DNA of 40,933 nucleotides from a virus (Duplodnaviria; Heunggongvirae; Uroviricota; Caudoviricetes): IMG/VR virus record IMGVR_UViG_2563366852_000006, positions 1 to 40,933 of that record; one strand, 5' to 3'. Shown piece by piece: positions 37,903 to 40,933 of this stretch (position 1 is its first letter; each line of letters starts with the position of its first letter). The notes under the pieces were generated by a model. It saw only the letters and a program-made list of their open reading frames with translations, ran no database searches and was not told where the DNA came from. The position numbers and the translations under genes were made by a program.

Positions 37903-39003
37903 ATGCATCGTATAGACACGAAAACCGCGCAGAAGGATAAGTTCGGCGCGGGTAAGAACGGTTTTACCCGTGGTAACCCCCAGACCGGCACACCTGCCAC
38001 CGATCTGGATGATGACTACTTTGACATGTTGCAGGAGGAACTTTGCAGCGTGGTGGAGGCTTCCGGTGCCAGCCTGGAGAAGGGGCGGCACAACCAGCTA
38101 CTTACCGCGCTTCGCGCGCTGCTGTTAAGCCGCAAGAATCCGTTTGGTGATATCAAATCGGATGGCACGGTGAAAACGGCTCTCGAAAATCTTGGTTTAG
38201 AAAGATGTGATCAGGACACTAACGAAACACGCATTTGGTCACCAGACAAAAAATCTTATGTTTTTGTGCAGAATGATGGATGGGGGGCATATTCAATAAA
38301 TCCCCAAGCAGGGACTATTGCACTGCAATTATCATCTGGCGGTACAGGTGCAAAAGATGCTGCCAGCGCGCGTAGTAATCTTGGTCTGGGAGATGTGGCA
38401 ACGGAGAACACAGTACCTCTGTCTAAGGGGGGAACTGGCGGGACTTCTCTGGCAGAAGCGCGTAGTAACCTTGGCGTCAATCGTTTAGTACAAGGCTTAG
38501 TTGACACATACATTACTTCACAAAGCGATAACTATCGGCTGTTTGTGAATGATAGTGGTGCATGGGGCGTACTTAACAATATCGGAACGCCAATGGCTCT
38601 AGCGCTTAGTCAGGGCGGAACCGGCGCGACCACAGCTGCTGACGCACGAGCAAATTTAGGGCTTGGCTCAGCAGCAACAGCAAACTTGGGAAATGGGGAT
38701 AATCAGGTTCCGACAATGGCTAATTTCACATCAGGTCCTGGCTGGGTGAAATTTCCTGACGGCACCATCATGCAGTTTGGTACGAACATTTCAGGCTCTG
38801 CTGGCTACCCAACTGCTGTTAATTTCCCGATACCTTTTACCGATGATTATCGCGTCGCATGTTCTTTCGATACGCCAACCAGTGCAGAAGACTGCCCGGC
38901 ATTCTCGACAAGTAAGATAAATAACTATGGTTTTTATCTCGCGTCATCGCGTCAGGGGGCTGTCAAAGGAGCTGGTGCCAACTGGATAGCAATAGGAAGA
39001 TAA
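37903..39003 (+). CDS. Tail fibre protein: constant N-terminal part fused to the currently expressed variable C-terminal part
   Basis: Conserved N-terminus and repeated GGTGA...AR(S/A)NLGLG fibre-repeat motifs; a recombination site lies inside the gene at 38181-38205. Confidence 0.8.
   Translation: MHRIDTKTAQKDKFGAGKNGFTRGNPQTGTPATDLDDDYFDMLQEELCSVVEASGASLEKGRHNQLLTALRALLLSRKNPFGDIKSDGTVKTALENLGLERCDQDTNETRIWSPDKKSYVFVQNDGWGAYSINPQAGTIALQLSSGGTGAKDAASARSNLGLGDVATENTVPLSKGGTGGTSLAEARSNLGVNRLVQGLVDTYITSQSDNYRLFVNDSGAWGVLNNIGTPMALALSQGGTGATTAADARANLGLGSAATANLGNGDNQVPTMANFTSGPGWVKFPDGTIMQFGTNISGSAGYPTAVNFPIPFTDDYRVACSFDTPTSAEDCPAFSTSKINNYGFYLASSRQGAVKGAGANWIAIGR
38181..38205. other. gix/hix-like crossover site (left inverted repeat of the invertible segment) inside the tail-fibre gene
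   Basis: TCTCGAAAATC-TT-GGTTTAGAAAGA resembles the hix/gix consensus (..AAAACC-NN-GGTTTT..) and is an imperfect inverted repeat of 40499-40523. Confidence 0.5.
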
Positions 39004-39005
39004 AA

Positions 39006-39443
39006 ATGAAATATTTATACGACGCAGTAACTAACGCATTTTATCCATTAGCAATGCAGGCAGACTATGAGGCGGCAGGGATGTGGCCCGAAAAAGGCGT
39101 GGAAGTTGATGAAGAGACTTTTGCTGCATTTCAGAAGCCACCGGAGGGAAAAATGAGGATTGCGGGTGATGATGGTTATCCCGTATGGAGTGATATTCCG
39201 CCACTGGCACCTGAAGAACTGATAAAGATGGCAGAATACGAGCGTCAGCGGCGCATAGATACTGCCAATGAGCACATGAATAACAGGCAATGGCCAGGTA
39301 AAGCAGCTATTGGTCGTCTGAAAGGTGAGGAACTGGCGCAATATAATTTGTGGCTGGATTATCTGGACGCACTGGAGCTGGTCGATACTTCCAGTGCGCC
39401 AGATATTGAATGGCCTACGCCTCCGGCAGTTCAGGCCAGATGA
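39006..39443 (+). CDS. Tail fibre assembly protein (U-type)
   Basis: Family-typical N-terminus (MKYLYDAVTNAFYP) and C-terminus (LWLDYLDALELVDTSSAPDIEWPTPP). Confidence 0.8.
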   Translation: MKYLYDAVTNAFYPLAMQADYEAAGMWPEKGVEVDEETFAAFQKPPEGKMRIAGDDGYPVWSDIPPLAPEELIKMAEYERQRRIDTANEHMNNRQWPGKAAIGRLKGEELAQYNLWLDYLDALELVDTSSAPDIEWPTPPAVQAR

Positions 39444-40017
39444 TATCCGGCGCGGTGCTGGTATCTGTTACCGTCACCGCGTCAATGTAATCCAGCACGG
39501 CGTTAAGTCGGGTTGTTTCTGCCTGCGTCAACTTCCGTCCGGCCTGCAATTTCAGTTGAATCAGACTAATGGAAGCCATTGCAGTATCAATCAGTGACTG
39601 ACGTTGTGCTTCTGCCGCGTCTACTGCGGCGCTATGCTGTGCCTCGGTATCCGTCACCCATTTCTCACCATCCCATTTATCGTATGGCGTTAACGGGGCG
39701 ATAGTGGTTGTATTATCAGGGTAATCACCCGGAACTGTGATTTCTTTTGATTCTCCTGTTTCGGTGCTAAAGACGATTTCACCGCGATGGTCTGGCACAT
39801 ATTCCCATGAGTTAAAATCTGCAGATCGGCAGATTGCATAACCAGCTTTGTATGCGCCTGGGGCATCTAAACAGGAATATGCCGGAATGCCGACACCAAT
39901 AGCAAGATATTCAGTTGAAGCTGAAATATATTCCCGACTCATGACATCAAAGTTATAAACAGTAATTTCTCCTGCCATAGTGGCAATTAATTCACTGTTT
40001 AATTCTGCGTTATTCAT
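39415..40017 (-). CDS. Alternative tail fibre assembly protein (U'-type) on the opposite strand
   Basis: C-terminus LNAVLDYIDAVTVTDTSTAPDIIWPELPEA; converges on and overlaps the plus-strand assembly gene by about 29 nt. Confidence 0.75.
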   Translation of the reverse strand: MNNAELNSELIATMAGEITVYNFDVMSREYISASTEYLAIGVGIPAYSCLDAPGAYKAGYAICRSADFNSWEYVPDHRGEIVFSTETGESKEITVPGDYPDNTTTIAPLTPYDKWDGEKWVTDTEAQHSAAVDAAEAQRQSLIDTAMASISLIQLKLQAGRKLTQAETTRLNAVLDYIDAVTVTDTSTAPDIIWPELPEA

Positions 40018-40511
40018 TATGCAGCCCTCACAATATAGTTAAAAGCGACATTTCGTGGGCGTGTTTCATTCGCACCTGCAGGTTTAGTCGTTGCCGCAAC
40101 AACACCACCCTCTGTAATAGCCTGGTTGGGAATTGGGTAATTATCGAAGTCAATGGCCGGAGACAGGGGCGTGATTTGTTTTAAAATCGTGGTGCCTGTA
40201 AAACTTTCCAGAGTCTGGTCGTTAGTTCGTGAAGTCCAGATTCCCCAATAGTGGTTATGACTGACAATCGCACCGTCCTGAAGCGTTAATAATCCCCTTC
40301 CGTTATCCACTCCACGTCCGTCATCCCAGCCACGAATAAACTCACCGCGTAAATCAGGCAATTTATTTGTCGGGTAAGCCTTTGCCAGTTCCGGGTATTC
40401 TTCAGCAGAAAAAGCCGCACCATTGCATTTCAGCCAGCCTGTCGGCGGAGTGGCGGAAGGCCACGGAACAGGCACACCAACAGGTAATGCAGAGCCTTCT
40501 CCCAAACCAAC
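40017..40511 (-). CDS. Alternative tail-fibre variable C-terminal segment (Sv'-like), silent in this orientation
   Basis: Minus-strand ORF running from the right-hand recombination site to the U' gene; the NVGLGE reading frame at the site matches NLGLE in the fibre gene, so inversion would fuse it in frame. It has no start of its own; the track's Met at 40550 is rejected. Confidence 0.65.
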   Translation of the reverse strand, partial: VGLGEGSALPVGVPVPWPSATPPTGWLKCNGAAFSAEEYPELAKAYPTNKLPDLRGEFIRGWDDGRGVDNGRGLLTLQDGAIVSHNHYWGIWTSRTNDQTLESFTGTTILKQITPLSPAIDFDNYPIPNQAITEGGVVAATTKPAGANETRPRNVAFNYIVRAA

Positions 40512-40523
40512 GTTTATGAAAAT
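40499..40523. other. gix/hix-like crossover site (right inverted repeat) just upstream of gin
   Basis: Reverse complement ATTTTCATAAACG-TT-GGTTTGGGAG shares the AAA..TTGGTTT core with the site at 38181-38205. Confidence 0.5.
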
Positions 40524-40576
40524 GCAGAAATAACGAGCAAATGGCATCATTCCTGCTTTTGTCAGGGAGATCTACC

Positions 40577-40933
40577 ATGCTTATTGGCTATGTACGTGTG
40601 TCAACAAATGACCAGAACACAGATCTACAGCGTAATGCGCTGAACTGTGCAGGATGCGAGCTGATTTTTGAAGACAAGATAAGCGGTACAAAGTCTGAAA
40701 GGCCGGGACTGAAAAAACTGCTCAGGACATTATCGGAAGGTGACACTCTGGTTGTCTGGAAGCTGGATCGGCTGGGGCGTAGTATGCGGCATCTGGTCAT
40801 TCTGGTTGAGGAGTTGCGCGAACGTGGCGTTAATTTTCGCAGCCTAACGGATGCTATTGATATCAGCACGTCGATGGGGCGTTTTTTCTTTTATGTGATG
40901 GGGGGCTTGGCTGAAATTGAGTTTCAGGATTAA
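40577..40933 (+). CDS. gin: Serine recombinase DNA invertase (Gin/Hin/Pin/Cin family), 3' end truncated by the window
   Basis: MLIGYVRVSTNDQNTDLQRNAL ... GDTLVVWKLDRLGRSMRHLV ... SLTDAIDISTSMGRFFFYVMGGLAEIE is almost identical to Mu Gin as I recall it; catalytic Ser in VRVST; GGGAGA RBS upstream. Confidence 0.9.
   Translation: MLIGYVRVSTNDQNTDLQRNALNCAGCELIFEDKISGTKSERPGLKKLLRTLSEGDTLVVWKLDRLGRSMRHLVILVEELRERGVNFRSLTDAIDISTSMGRFFFYVMGGLAEIEFQD

Larger units (their letters stand above)
1..40933. mobile_element. Prophage segment: integrase, immunity, replication, Q, lysis, packaging, HK97-type head, Mu-type contractile tail, invertible tail-fibre segment, Gin invertase (right end not reached)
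   Basis: Contiguous, co-oriented phage modules in canonical order, bounded on the left by a tyrosine integrase; the last gene (gin) is truncated by the window end. Confidence 0.9.

Noticed and set aside
40512-40550. Apparent Met start (MMPFARYF...) of the minus-strand alternative fibre ORF
   Set aside because: It lies beyond the recombination site; the segment is expressed only after inversion fuses it to the constant fibre N-terminus, so this Met is a frame artefact.

Overview
The window is almost entirely one integrated temperate phage of an enterobacterial host, running from an integrase at the left edge to a Gin-family DNA invertase that is cut off by the right edge. Left to right: integrase (+); an AT-rich orphan gene; a leftward early operon (xis-like, PAPS-reductase-like, HD hydrolase, DUF2303-like); a cI/cro-type immunity switch with TGTAC-type palindromes; a replication/nin-like module (O-like initiator with internal iteron-like repeats, Dam-like methyltransferase, LexA-DNA-binding-domain-only protein, RusA, KilA-N, Q antiterminator); an AT-rich two-gene cassette on the opposite strand between Q and lysis; a lambda-type lysis cassette (holin, R, Rz/Rz1); a cluster of small ORFs with their own terminators; HNH, terminase small and large subunits; HK97-type portal, protease and capsid; and a Mu-type contractile tail with an invertible tail-fibre segment. 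The best candidates for an undescribed system are the cassette at 14792-16406 (soluble protein plus 4-TM membrane protein) and the orphan gene at 1782-3035. All family assignments come from reading the translations and from memory of protein families; no database search was run. CDS coordinates follow the supplied ORF track (stop codon included) unless a start was re-chosen, in which case the evidence says so.
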